From contig CM082584.2 of the NCBI GenBank assembly GCA_040954595.2, positions 4,034,110-4,098,109 on the forward strand: 64,000 nt of DNA, in the 5' to 3' direction. The DNA is from Balanoglossus misakiensis (Eukaryota; Animalia; Hemichordata). Below are positions 52,300 through 64,000 of the stretch, one piece after another (position 1 is the stretch's first letter; each line of letters starts with the position of its first letter). The position numbers and the translations under genes are program-made. The notes beneath the pieces were generated by a model. It saw only the letters and a list, made by a program, of their open reading frames with translations. It made no database searches and was not told where the DNA came from.

Positions 52300-55200
52300 A
52301 TCCTTTTTTTTAAATTTCCATTCATTTAATCTTACATGTATCATATAGATATATCGTGTTTTGATAAAATAATAATAATAATAATATATAAAAAGAGATT
52401 CACCATGTACAGTTGTTTAACAAAATATTTACATCTCAGACAGAAGCAAGGATTTTCTTCCCATAATGGGTGAAATCTGAATTATTATTCCTTTTGAGTA
52501 TTTGGTGCATAAATTGTAGATATCTGTAAAATATATCGAAATTGGTGTTTGCTCTAATGCTGTTAATATATTGTTGTAAGTGGACCCATGAAGCGAATAC
52601 ACAATACTTTGCAATAGTAATGACAATGTTTACAAATCTATAAAGAGGATAACTGTGCACAGTTTTGTAACCAATAATAGCAGTTTCTAAGTTGACCTCG
52701 GACATATGCCAAGTTTGCTGAGCAAAGCAGAAAAACGCTGCCAAAAATCCCCTAAACGTTGACATTTTAAAAATAGATGCTCATAAAATCAGTTACATTA
52801 CAAAGACAACATTGATAATTTTTACTAATTTTCCATCTTAAAAAATTGATGCCACATGGCAAAATGTTATGCATATAATCTTAAAGTTAAATTCAGCAAG
52901 TTTCCTATCACTACACAATCCAGTCGTTTGGTTAACCCATATAGTTCTCCACTGTAGTGGAGTAGTCATGGTCAAACGACGATTCCACGTACTTTAACAA
53001 TATGGACGAATAAAACGATTTTGCACAAAAATACTGTAAAGTAACGCGAGACAGATCATTAGGTAAAACAAAAAATTTTCCATTGACATGAAGAAAATTC
53101 TTTTCTCTACGCATCTGATGCAACTAAGTACCTTTCAACACAGATTTCCATTCTCTGGGAATAAGATTCCGCAACTTCATCCATTCAACAATCCAATTTG
53201 ACGTATCCGCGAGTTTTTGTAACAACAGTGTAGGTGGAAGAAAATCGCCATTGGTATCGACAATGTCCTGTACATAGATAATATTTGAGTAAATCCAACC
53301 AGGGAAAAAAAGAGTCTTACCATTATCTGAAATGTTGATATTACCCCAAATAATTTGATTACGCACATCTAAATGACTGGGTTTGGAGAAAGTGATGCAA
53401 CCACCTTTTGCACTATGCCAAGCTGAAATAACTTGTTTATAGAAAAAAAGGAATTATCTCGAGAAATGGGAAACAGGAATGTTGCTAAAATTGAAATGAA
53501 AAATAAGAAGATCTGGACCATAGTACCCGAGCCAATGAAGTGGCAAGGCCTACCATTTGGCAGAAGAACTGTCACATAATCTATGAACCCATGATGCACA
53601 AAAGGCATCATGAATGACAAAAATATCAGACATGTTTAGTCCCCCACAATCATAAGGGCCAATGAGTGTGAGCCTTTTGATTTTGTCTGGCTTGTCATTC
53701 CACAGAAATTTGAAAATAAGACGGTTGATATTCGTGAGCCACGTTTCAAAAGCGCCAAGATTAAGCATAAGGTAGTAAATTGTGGGCAGTGCCAAAGACT
53801 TTAAAACCATAATTTTGCCATAAAGGCTCAGCTTACGGCGTGACCAGATGTTGAGCACGCTTTTAAGCCTTTCAATTTTCTTTTCCCAATTCAAAAGTAA
53901 ACATTTCAGTCGATCGTATCCAAAGAAGACCCCAAGGGATTTTATAGGCTGTTGCTCCCACATCAAACCCCCAGGTTTATCATTCCTGTTTTTCCAAGTA
54001 CCAAGCCAAAGACCCTCTGATTTGCTAACATTAAGCTGTAACCCAGAAACTGACCCAAAGGATTTGACCACATCAATCGCTCTAAGAATGGAAACGTCAT
54101 CTGATACAAAAAGAGTTGTATCGTCAGCAACCTGCGAAATTTTGATTTCAGTAAGAGTGGGGAAGAGGACAGACACGTTATTAATATTAATCCCAACGAT
54201 GTCGCGGCATTGGCGGATGTGTGTTGCCATGACTTCAACTGCTAGCAAGAATAAAAGGGCAGACAGAGGACAACCTTGGAGCATTCCTCGATGAAGACCA
54301 AAGTGAGACGAAGACCAACCATTGTTGATAACACAGCTTTCACAGGAATTGTACATGGTTTTTATCGTGCCTATAACGTTTTCGCAAAAATTAAACTTGT
54401 GCAATACTGCGAAAAGAAAATTTCTCTCAAGCATATCAAATGCCTTTGAAGAATCCAGAAAAAGGATTGAACCCTCCAGATCCTCATCCCCCGTATAATC
54501 AACAATATATTGAATAAGGCGTATGTTTTGACCAATATACCTGCCCTTGATCAAAGCAGTTTGGTCCGGACTGATAAGTTTTGGGAGTACAGTTTGCAAA
54601 CGTCTCGCAAAAGCCATTGCCAAAATTTTGTAATCAATGTTGAGAAGACTGATTGGTCTCCAATTTAACAGCTGATCACGCTCTTCTTTTTTGTGAATGA
54701 GTTTAATGATAGCACGTCTTTGTGAGGGAGACAGCGTTCCTTTAGTTAGGCCTTCAATAATCGAATCGAAAACAAGTGGTCCTATAAACTCCCAGCAAGT
54801 TTTGTAGAATTCTGCTGGTAATCCGTCGGGTCCGGGCGTTTTGCCATTTTTCAGACTTTTTACCGATTCAGTGCATTCTTGGAACATGAAATCCCTATCA
54901 AGACATGCCTTCTCTCCTTCAGATAAAACATTTTCTGGGTAAATCAAACGTAAATACTCAGAAATGTTATTTTCGGAGATATTGCTCGAGGTGTACAACT
55001 TGCTATAAGAACTTTTGCAACAGTCTATAATCTCTTGTGTGGAAGTAACAGTACGGCCATCATCAGAACACATAAAAGAATCAATTGTACTGACACGAGC
55101 TTGCTTGCGCTCAAGATTTAAAAAATACTTTGTCGGTTTTTCCCCCTTAAGTGACCAGTTCACCCTTGACCTTATTCTGGCACCTTCCACTTGGTAGTCG

Positions 55201-56250
55201 TACCATTTGTTAATTTGGTCCTTTACCACACTGTACTGAGACAAAGTATGTGAGCTCAAATTGTCATGGAGATCACGCTCTATTTGTTGTAAACGTTTCT
55301 CTAAATGTTTGATCTCTTTCTTCTTTTCTTGGCAAGCTATTTTGAATAACAAATTGTAAAATCTTTGATGCGAATTTTCACCAGATCCCAAAGGATCGAC
55401 TTGGAGAAGTGACCAGTAAATTCACTGACAGTGGACTGTGTAATATCTTTAACTCTTTTGATGTAAAAATCATCAGTCAAAAGTGAGATATTCATCCGAA
55501 AGAAACCCGGTCCTTTCTCACTTCGTTCTGTACATATCTCAACAAACACAGCTTGATGGTCAGACAAGAAACATGGCCTGATATCTGCCTTCAGTGTCTT
55601 AGAGCAAAGAGTATCCGAAATAAGAAAGAAGTCCAACCGGCAGCGGATTGGAGGGGAATTTTGTCGCCATGTGTACTGACGAGTAGACGGATTAAGCAAA
55701 CGCCAAATATCGACTAAATCGTAACCATTCAAAAAACAATTTGTAAGAGTAGACGATGAAAGCGGATCAGGTCTGTTTCCCCCCTTTTTATCTAAATTAA
55801 CATCAAGTATAGTATTGAAATCAGCCCCCCCCATAACAATACTATGGAGATTCTTATCTGCTAGCCGTGAAGAGATCTCCGAAAAAATGCAACTCTGGAA
55901 TGTACATTGTTAGGCGCATAAATATTAACCAACAAACTGCCAAGGTGACAGTTTAAACAGAGAAACCTGCCATTACTGTCATGATCAAAGTCGCTGAATG
56001 AAATACTATTGATGATACTGTCATGAGGATGGAAACTCCAGTGCTATGATTCGACTGGGCAAATGAATGAAAACAACGCCCTTTCCAGTCTTTGTCTATG
56101 GCATTCGCCAAGGCACAAGTAATGTACGTTTCCTGGAGGAAGCAAATATGCGTTTTTTGTTGCTTAACCCAGTGAAAAGGCTTGGTATGTTTTGATCGAT
56201 CTCTAATTCCTTTCACATTAAGGGTGAGAATATTTAGCGTGTCCGTGAGG
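52300..56250 (-). mobile_element. Decayed L1/Tx1-clade LINE ORF2 (APE endonuclease + reverse transcriptase), frameshifted
   Basis: Fragments ICFLQET, GADFN, RLDFFL, SDH (endonuclease); GEKPTKYF, KTPGPDGLPAEFYK, NWRPISLLNIDYKIL, QGCPLS, VADDTT (degenerate YADD), spread over several frames. Boundaries approximate. Confidence 0.9.
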
Positions 56251-57313
56251 TTGAAGCTATAGACAAAGGAAGGATGGCAGTCTCTTCAGTCGCTAAAAAA
56301 AGCTTACCTAAGGGACCGTTCAGTTTTTACGGCCGGAGGGGCGGCAAAATCCAGGGGGGGGGGGGTCACTTAAATTTTGAATTCCAAAAGGGGGGAGGGT
56401 CATCTGTTTTTTTAAACGTTTAGGGGGGTCACATAGTTTTGCCACCGAACGTTTGCTTTTGAGTCCACAAAATTGCAGTTTCGCGCCCTTTATTTTACAA
56501 AATTTTCTAATGTGGGAGGGGGACACCCACCCCCTTCATTCTCCGCCACATTTCATTTTTTGCTGGTTTGTCTAGTGTACCAGGGCAGAGTGCTTGCCAC
56601 CCGAACCCCACCGATGATAATATTTAACAAAGTAAATACATAAAAGAGAATAATCGTTTAAACCATTTCGCATAACTGATAGTTTCGTGCTGCATCTTCC
56701 ATATACTAGAAGTTTTATAAATGATGTCATGACGAAGATGACGCCAAATCTTCTAACTTTGAGTGGAGTGGCAAAAATTAAAATTGGTCCTCCCAAACAT
56801 TGAGATAATTTGCTTTTGAGTTCATTAAAATGCAACTTTGCGCTACATATTTTACAAAATTTTCTTATGTGGGAGGGGGACACCCCCTCCCACACCCACC
56901 CTCTCCATTCTTCGCCACATTGCATTTATTTGCTGGTTTGTCTAGTGTACCAGGGCAGACTTCTTCCCACCCCACCCCGATGCTTACTTTGAGTGGAGTG
57001 GCAAAAGTAAAATTTGTCCTGCCTAACATTGAGTTAATTTGCTATGGAGTAAATTGCTAATGCTATGGAGTAAATTGTCTATAAATATCCATAATTAGTG
57101 ACAAGTTATGTTCAACCCTTTGGATGATCGGATACTTCATATATCACATGCTAAAGGACCCCCTTTCGCCATTTCCGGTTTGAAGAGAATATAAAGCAAA
57201 ATTCAACATGTCCGTTTTCATTTACTTCTCACTAAAAAAATCGAGGCTAATATGTTTAGATGATCGCCATTGTAATGATAAGATAGTACAAATTGTGTTC
57301 ACCCATTTCTGCA

Positions 57314-57362
57314 TAGCCCGGAGACCAGGGCGTCTCTTTTCGACGCCCTGGTCTCCGGGCTA
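57314..57362. repeat. 49-bp hairpin with perfect 21-bp arms and TAG...CTA ends (minimal Academ-like element?)
   Basis: TAGCCCGGAGACCAGGGCGTC-tcttttc-GACGCCCTGGTCTCCGGGCTA. Confidence 0.7.
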
Positions 57363-58273
57363 CTTTGTGCATGACTACGATGTATGAAGAATCCGACCAT
57401 CAGAAGGGTTGGTTGGACGCAACTTGTCATGGATTGAATTGATTATAGGTCTCAGTGGTCGTCACTTCTAAGCGTTTGCTTTCAGACGGTTTCAGGGACT
57501 CAAGGGACAGCCTGTCTAGCTCTCGTGTGATGGTTTGCAATTACGTTTTTTATTGTGCATTATGTGACAACCCGACTGGCTCTTGTACTATGGCAGTGTC
57601 ACCTTAATTTTCCGCTTTCAGTTGTTCATGTTTATTTATATAAATAAAAACATCCCATCAAAGTTTAACTGTCTTTATTTGCTATCTGACTTTATTTTCA
57701 ATACATCTAATTACAACTCATACACCCCACTAATTTGCCATTTTCCTGGTAAAATTTCGTCCCAAGGGATCGGTAATATGAGATGTGAAAATACAAAAGA
57801 CAGATTCAAACAAAAGACAAATATCAGGGAGTAAACCTCAAAGTGGCATGTACGCAATGTTAGAAAGCAGGCGATTTGCTGCTTTTCACGTGCCGTTTGG
57901 TTCCTGAAATGTTTGATGAACTATGAAATTCGACCGAAATCTCGCTGAAAGAACGAATGACTTTGATCATAGAAGGAGCTAGGTAGGCGCTAGTCAGTAA
58001 TAATAAAAATCCAAACACATACAGACCATTGCATTGATTTATGTTTAAATCGGTTAATGTTTCGAGTCAAATCCCTGCATCGACTTAAAATTTGGGCCCA
58101 ACCCCTTGGGTGTAATTTGGGGCGCCCTCTGTGTAGTGCGTCTTCCCGCCTTCCGGAGAGAATTGCTACTTTTGTAGGGCTTCCGCCATCTTGTAGAGTC
58201 ACTTTTTCCGAGCAGTCGCTCGCTTAAAACTTCTCCCAAAAATCCGTCTTTTTCGCCGCTTTGTCGTCACAAT

Positions 58274-59392
58274 ATGTCCGACCCCTCAGACAGCGAAACT
58301 CTCCCACAGTCCGAAAGGCGGACTCCCAACTGCTCTGGCTGCAAACAAGCAGTAAAAGGGCATCGCGCTCTTGGATTACAGCCAGGCCCAAACTGCACAG
58401 GCGTGCCCCAACCGCAAGGCGCAGATGGAAGCTCTGCCATTCCCACCACATCCGTCGTCGTCGAACAGACCGACTCATTCCAGCTCGCAGACCTACAAGC
58501 CAGACAGGCCGAACTGTTACAGGAAAAGCAACTTCTTCTGCAGAAACGAGAGCAGCGTGTATTACAGACCTGCATCTCAGAACTAGAACACGAACTTGCC
58601 GCCCTCCGAGTGCAGGATGCCACCACAAGTCCCACGCAACTCCCTTCATCGACCCCATTTTCGTTGGGCAACGGCGGTCCACCAACACTGGACACCCCTC
58701 GTCGAAACCCAGCGGCCAATCAAGCAGTCGACGCACAACTCTCTCATATCGTGAATTTCGCATGGCCGACGTCCATCGGACAGTTTACTCGTGCTGAATG
58801 GCCGATCGCCCATATGTCACAAGGTAAGCCAGGAAAGCATCCTCGTGACACTCAAGCCCCCAGCTCCGCAGACGAATCCAAAGTGAAACGGCCACATTTG
58901 CGCCTACCGCGCAAAACATTTGACAACCTAACCATCCCACAACTGGTCAAAGGCGAATTAGAAATAATCAACTCCGTCTACCTGCCCATCTCGTCTGAGG
59001 AACGCGCTCCCAGATTACTGCATCTCCAGAACTTAATGAGACTCGCTCATAAGCACGATTGGATAGACGTACTGAATTTCCACGGTACCATCTTAGAAAA
59101 GATACAAAGCGCAGAACTACGTTGGCAAGACTGCTTCGACCGTTATGAGAAAGTACTTCTCTCACCCGACACCCTGACATCGGTCAAACAGGGCACTGAT
59201 ACCGCGCAGACACAGGCCGCCAAGAAGAGCGACATTTGTAACAAGTACAACTACCAGACATGCGCATGGGGCGACAGGTGTTTTAGACGTCACATCTGCC
59301 ATCGTTGTTTCAAAATTAACAACACAGCCACACCTCACCGCGGCAAAGATTGCCCACTCGCCATCAGCAAGAAGAATGACACTCCCAAATAG
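58274..59392 (+). CDS. Ngaro ORF1 (gag-like) with coiled coil and C-terminal Cys/His zinc finger
   Basis: 372 aa; CNKYNYQTCAWGDRCFRRHICHRC...H....C motif of the Ngaro ORF1 type. Confidence 0.8.
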   Translation: MSDPSDSETLPQSERRTPNCSGCKQAVKGHRALGLQPGPNCTGVPQPQGADGSSAIPTTSVVVEQTDSFQLADLQARQAELLQEKQLLLQKREQRVLQTCISELEHELAALRVQDATTSPTQLPSSTPFSLGNGGPPTLDTPRRNPAANQAVDAQLSHIVNFAWPTSIGQFTRAEWPIAHMSQGKPGKHPRDTQAPSSADESKVKRPHLRLPRKTFDNLTIPQLVKGELEIINSVYLPISSEERAPRLLHLQNLMRLAHKHDWIDVLNFHGTILEKIQSAELRWQDCFDRYEKVLLSPDTLTSVKQGTDTAQTQAAKKSDICNKYNYQTCAWGDRCFRRHICHRCFKINNTATPHRGKDCPLAISKKNDTPK

Positions 59393-59567
59393 TAATACAC
59401 CTATTTCGGATTGAACTTCAGACGTTGGGTTGCATCCCACGTTCACAGACTACATTGTGTTCTCTCTCTTCCTCACAGAACACTTCTGCATCGGAAGAAT
59501 TTTCTAGCGCTCGGTTACCGTCCAACGCTAACATTCGGGCTCCCTGGTCCCATACACCACGCCCTTC

Positions 59568-61535
59568 ATGTATCTCAGGCCATACAGCCGCATCATCGAC
59601 ATTGTGTCTCACTCAGCGAACGAGGACTCACCGTTCTCGTCCACTTCAAACATTGTAACAATTCCTATGATTTCAGCTTCGCCTCTGACATCGCGGTATT
59701 TTATCATTCCGCCGAGCACTTCCCCCCTTCAGAATTTTCTTCAAACTGTGCCCAAGGAGGTCCCTACACGCCGTCGCGTCGTCATGGACCTCAACTTTCC
59801 ATCATCTGACATTGTGTCTCACTCAGCGAACGAGGACCCACCGTACTCGTCCACTTCAAACATTGTAACAATTCCTCCGATTTCAGCTTCGCCTCTGACA
59901 TCGCCGTATTTAAACCTTCCGTCGAGCACGTCTCCCTCATCGGAACTTTCTTTAGCCAATATTTGTGCCTTGCATGCGCAAGTTTCTACATCCGGGTTAC
60001 CAAACTACCAAGGTCTCAAATATCCCGTTCCGACTAAATTAGTGTTGCCGTTATGGAGATCACTGCTGGCACATTATGCTGACAATATCATTTGTGACTA
60101 TCACCATTTTGGCTGGCCTATCGGTTATACCCGTGACACGTTACCAGTCTTCGACATCCGTAATCACCCTTCGGCCTTGATGTTTCCCGACGATGTGGAC
60201 CACTTCATCAGCACTGAAGTCGCCGCTGGGGCCACAGCCGGACCTTTCACAATCAGCCCATTTCCTCACGGGTTCGTGGTGTCTCCACTTCAAACTGTGC
60301 CCAAAAAGGACTCTTCACGCCGTCGCGTCGTCATGGACCTCAGCTTTCCAGAACACTTTTCTGTCAATGACGGAATCTCTTCAGACTTTTATGATGGTTA
60401 TCACATAAAACTGTCGTACCCATCTTTAGATCATTTCTCACAAATTATTCAGGACAAAGGCCCCGGTTGCCTGTTATACAAGAGAGACTTACGCCGAGCA
60501 TATCGGCAAATTTGCATTGATCCTCGAGATTATAATCTCCTTGGTTTTTCATGGCATCATTTATTCTTTTTTGATCGTGTTTTTCCCTTCGGGCTTCGCT
60601 CTGCTGCATTAGCCTGCCAACGTACCACAAATGCAGTTATGTATTTATTTAGACAGAATGGTTACGCTGGCATCAATTATTTAGATGATTTTGGGGGTGC
60701 AGAGGCGCCAGACAAAGCCATGGCAGCCTTTGAATCCCTTGGTCGACTTTTATCACAGCTCGGTCTAGAGGAGGCGCAGGATAAAGCAGTAGCGCCGTCC
60801 ACTTGCATGGTTTTTCTCGGTATTGAATTCGACACTGTGTCTATGACCATGCGCATTCCAGCACACAAGTTATCCACCCAGCTCACAGAGCTGGATGAGT
60901 GGGACACAAAAGTCTCTGTTCCCAAGCGTCAATTTCAGTCTTTGTTAGGCAAGCTTAATTCAGTTGCCACATGTGTTCGCTCAGGACGAGTGTTTTTCTC
61001 CCGTATGTTACAGTTACTTAGACAGCAGTTTAAATCACCTCGCATTTTTCTAGATTCGCAATTCTTCGCTGACTTAGTTTGGTGGCGTACCTTTTTACCT
61101 TTATACAACGGAGTATCCGTTATCCCAGCTTCTAGATGGAGTACACCAGATGCCGTTTTTTCTACTGACGCCTGCCTCTCAGGCTGCGGGGGCTTTTCTC
61201 AAGGACTGTATTTTCACACAGAATTTCCTTTACCTGTTACTAGTCAGGGTTTACATATTAATGCGTTAGAACTTTTAACAGTGCTTGTTGCGTGTCGTCT
61301 GTGGGGCCATCTGTGGAAAGGCCAGCGCATTCAGGTGTTTTGCGATAATATGGCAACAGTCACTGTCATTACAGCCCACAAAAGTGCTGCTCAGTCACCA
61401 CCCTTATGCAAGAGCATTTGCGTTCCCAATTCAATCAGGCTTGAAGTTTTCACATCTTTTCTCCAATGTGTTAGGTATCTTTCTAGTAAGTTCCTAGGCA
61501 GTTTCGTATTTTACTCGCTAATGGGAATTCCCTGA
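59568..61535 (+). CDS. Ngaro reverse transcriptase + RNase H, C-terminus probably altered by deletion
   Basis: RVVMDLSFP..SVND, KRDLRRAYRQ, PFGLRSA, YLDD, FLGIEFD, FSTDAC, HINALEL, FCDN. Confidence 0.88.
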   Translation: MYLRPYSRIIDIVSHSANEDSPFSSTSNIVTIPMISASPLTSRYFIIPPSTSPLQNFLQTVPKEVPTRRRVVMDLNFPSSDIVSHSANEDPPYSSTSNIVTIPPISASPLTSPYLNLPSSTSPSSELSLANICALHAQVSTSGLPNYQGLKYPVPTKLVLPLWRSLLAHYADNIICDYHHFGWPIGYTRDTLPVFDIRNHPSALMFPDDVDHFISTEVAAGATAGPFTISPFPHGFVVSPLQTVPKKDSSRRRVVMDLSFPEHFSVNDGISSDFYDGYHIKLSYPSLDHFSQIIQDKGPGCLLYKRDLRRAYRQICIDPRDYNLLGFSWHHLFFFDRVFPFGLRSAALACQRTTNAVMYLFRQNGYAGINYLDDFGGAEAPDKAMAAFESLGRLLSQLGLEEAQDKAVAPSTCMVFLGIEFDTVSMTMRIPAHKLSTQLTELDEWDTKVSVPKRQFQSLLGKLNSVATCVRSGRVFFSRMLQLLRQQFKSPRIFLDSQFFADLVWWRTFLPLYNGVSVIPASRWSTPDAVFSTDACLSGCGGFSQGLYFHTEFPLPVTSQGLHINALELLTVLVACRLWGHLWKGQRIQVFCDNMATVTVITAHKSAAQSPPLCKSICVPNSIRLEVFTSFLQCVRYLSSKFLGSFVFYSLMGIP

Positions 61536-62569
61536 ATGCTTCCCCTCCCCTGGTTTGGCGGCTTGGAGCTGGTTTTGTCAAACTCTTTTTCATCTGCATA
61601 TTAAAGATTTTGCCAAGTTTCCGCCAACCCATGAGTGTGTCGCATTCTGTTCCTTCCCATTAGCCCACTAGTTTTCAAATATTTATACTGTTCGAGTGTT
61701 TCAGGTGTATTTGTATGCAAGACGTGTTTTCCTGTACAATTATTATATAAGTAGAGTTCCACAGAGGCAGCCACTAATTTGGGCCCAACCCCTTGGGTGT
61801 AATTTGGGGCGCCCTCTGTGTAGTGCGTCTTCCCGCCTTCCGGAGAGAATTGCTACTTTTGTAGGGCTTCCGCCATCTTGTAGAGTCACTTTTTCCGAGC
61901 AGTCGCTCGCTTAAAACCCCACCCACCACTACCCATGGCTTTTCCTTGTATGTTTGTTATATTTATTTTATTTACCTTTTTTCACATGGTTTATAAGTGG
62001 TTGGAGCTGGTTTTTTCAAACTCTTTTTCATCTGCATATTAAAGATTTTGCCAAGTTTCCGCCAACCCATGAGTGTGTCGCATTCTGTTCCTTCCCATTA
62101 GCCCACTAGTTTTCAAATATTTATACTGTTCGAGTGTTTCAGGTGTATTTGTATGCAATACGTGTTTTCCTGTACAATTATTATATAAGTAGAGTTCCAC
62201 AGAGGCAGCCACTAATTACTGAAAACTGGATCGAGGTTGCTCTGCACCTTTGAGTGATGATGAACTTTCAATGACCTTACAACTGTGCGACGCGACGACA
62301 TGCAAGTCCTTTACTCGTATACGCCACGTCCACCCTGCTTCGATTACCACCCCAACGATAGAAACCCCTTTTGCTTTTGCTTTGCATTTCATTTTATAAC
62401 GTTGTGCTATTGCTAAACGCGATTTCATTGATGTTGCATTTTTAAATCTATTGCTAACTTTATCCATTTTCAGATTTTTTTTTTGGATTTTTCTTTTTTT
62501 TGGGGGGGGGGGGGGGCATTGAGGGCGGTTCCCTGCACAATTCCTTCTTTGCACAGAAACGTTCACACA

Positions 62570-62995
62570 TGCACAGTGCGATGAAGCATTTAGGGACTAT
62601 GGACTCTGCCCATATGTAGGACACGTCCTGCACGCGTGTGACCGACAGATCGCATGATCCGCTAAATGAAGACTTTGAACCTTCTTGCTACACAAGATGT
62701 GTTACGTATACGCATGCGCTGATTTTCTTAGCGAATGCTTCGGAAGGATCTACCAGATCACCGTGACGCGTTCATTTGCTGACATAAGGTAAGGTTTACG
62801 AAGATTTGGATGCGTTGTTTATTTTAGATAATTTCATAAAGATAATCACGATATCTTTGTGGTGTGCGTAGAACACAGAAAATTCCGAGTTGCTCTGAGT
62901 GAAAGAGCCCTCCCCCCCCGCCCAATATGTTTCGACCAAAGTGCTGTATCAAAGTTTAAAATAAATAAAAAATTGCTTCCTGGTTCAGTAAACTT
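62570..62995 (+). promoter_or_regulatory. Diverged copy of the TRIM-DTC 5' region (putative promoter, first exon and donor of a further paralog)
   Basis: ATGAAGC..TTAGGGACTATGGAC..ACACGTCCTGCAC.CGTGTGACC..CGCATGCGCTGA..TAAGGTAAGGTTT..GATATCTTTGTGGT..CTTCCTGGTTCAGTAAACTT is shared with 28595-29008. Confidence 0.6.
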
Positions 62996-63611
62996 CTGTG
63001 GGTAAATTTCTGTTCAATGCCCAATAGCAGCAATGCATATGCTTGGTTTATTTTTCCATCAAATTTTAGCCCTGCTTTCTTGACAATGGATTTCCAAAGC
63101 AATAGCAGGCCAATTTCTTTTTCAGAGACGATTCAAGCCTGAAGTGTCCTCATTATGACCTTTCATGTGACTAAAATTGGTGAATTTAAGATGATGTGAT
63201 TTTTGCCAAATTTTACTTTTTTACATAAATTGGTAGGTCTAATAACGGATCCACATTCTGACAAATGCGTCTTGGCGAAAATGGTGCATAATCACCCAAA
63301 AATAGCACTTTTCTGAATGAGTCCTCAGCTTAAGATATAGGTGTCAACAATGCCGATTTTCTCAGTTTGCATTTTCGCTGCATTTGACAACTTCAGAAGA
63401 ATTTAGCTTTGCTCTGCGTTGGCCGAATTTGCTCACATTTTAACAGGGGATTGTGTATGACCCATCTAACAAAACCAAATAATTTTTAGTCGATAAAGAG
63501 TCCCTGGTGGGAATAAACTCTGATTCAATACAACTCACCGTAAATTTGATCAAATTTTCTAAATAGGAATATGCCTACAGAGAAGTTGTTTGCTCCTATA
63601 TAACTGTGAAT

Positions 63612-64000
63612 TTACTTTATATTCGTTTCTTCAGACTGACTACTCAATCCATACAGCCTCGTTCTGGTACAGCTGTTATAAGCTACCGTTGAGGGCGCTT
63701 TATGGATGAGTTGATCAAAGATGTTAGGTAACTTGTAAGCCCCCTCATCCTTGTTAAGAATGTTTTTTCCCCTCCTTCTGATCCAAATGGCCTCCTTAAT
63801 CCATCTGGTGGTTCTATCTGACTCCCTATCCACGATACTGGCATCCTCCCAGGCAATGTTATGATTAGTGGCTGCAACATGGTCTGTAATGGCCGACTTA
63901 TGGAGATCAGTGGATGAAGCTTTCCGTGTTGAACGAGTGTATGGTTTTGATTCAAATTTGTGGACTTCCTTTTGATGTTCTTCGAGGCGTATACCAAATG
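63612..64000 (-). mobile_element. Penelope-like element, C-terminal GIY-YIG endonuclease region (continues past the window)
   Basis: Minus frame: EHQKEV..KSAITDHVAATNHNIAWEDASIVDRESDRTTRWIKEAIWIRR..NILNKDEG. Confidence 0.85.

Larger units (their letters stand above)
58089..62217 (+). mobile_element. Ngaro-type (DIRS order) retrotransposon with split direct repeats A1-body-B1-A2-B2; tyrosine recombinase ORF missing
   Basis: A1 58089-58230 = A2 61776-61917; B1 61563-61779 ~ B2 62001-62217; gag-like and RT/RNase H ORFs lie between. Confidence 0.9.

Noticed and set aside
58092-58110. TTGGGCCCAA at the Ngaro terminus resembling the HINE head
   Set aside because: Only a short palindrome is shared, with no further homology; probably coincidence.
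53848-59446. Antisense and alternate-frame ORFs over the LINE and Ngaro (e.g. 53848-54294, 58224-58763, 58261-58797)
   Set aside because: Shadow ORFs of real coding strands with no motifs; none resembles a tyrosine recombinase.

Overview
AT-rich, intron-containing animal genomic DNA (probably a marine invertebrate; inference). The window holds a tandem cluster of TRIM-Deltex-C-terminal (RING-Bbox1-Bbox2-coiled coil-DTC) E3-ligase genes: the last two exons of one copy (306-490, 25934-26000), a complete copy (29752-36152), a remnant near 52.1 kb and the 5' region of a further copy near 62.6 kb. It also holds 15 in-frame 3' exons of MSH5 (37933-49907), a decayed Tx1/L1 LINE, a Ngaro-type element with split direct repeats, the end of a Penelope element and many MITEs. 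Two things stand out. (1) The 23.2 kb apparent satellite at 1858-25077 is a Russian-doll stack of 16 Helentron/DINE-1-like elements inserted into one another: 16 heads and 16 tails balance like parentheses, and last-in-first-out pairing matches head and body subtypes. (2) The two DTC domains differ at 18 amino-acid-changing codons and only 1 silent codon out of 83, a diversifying-selection pattern in an unusual TRIM architecture. All counts and alignments were done by eye.
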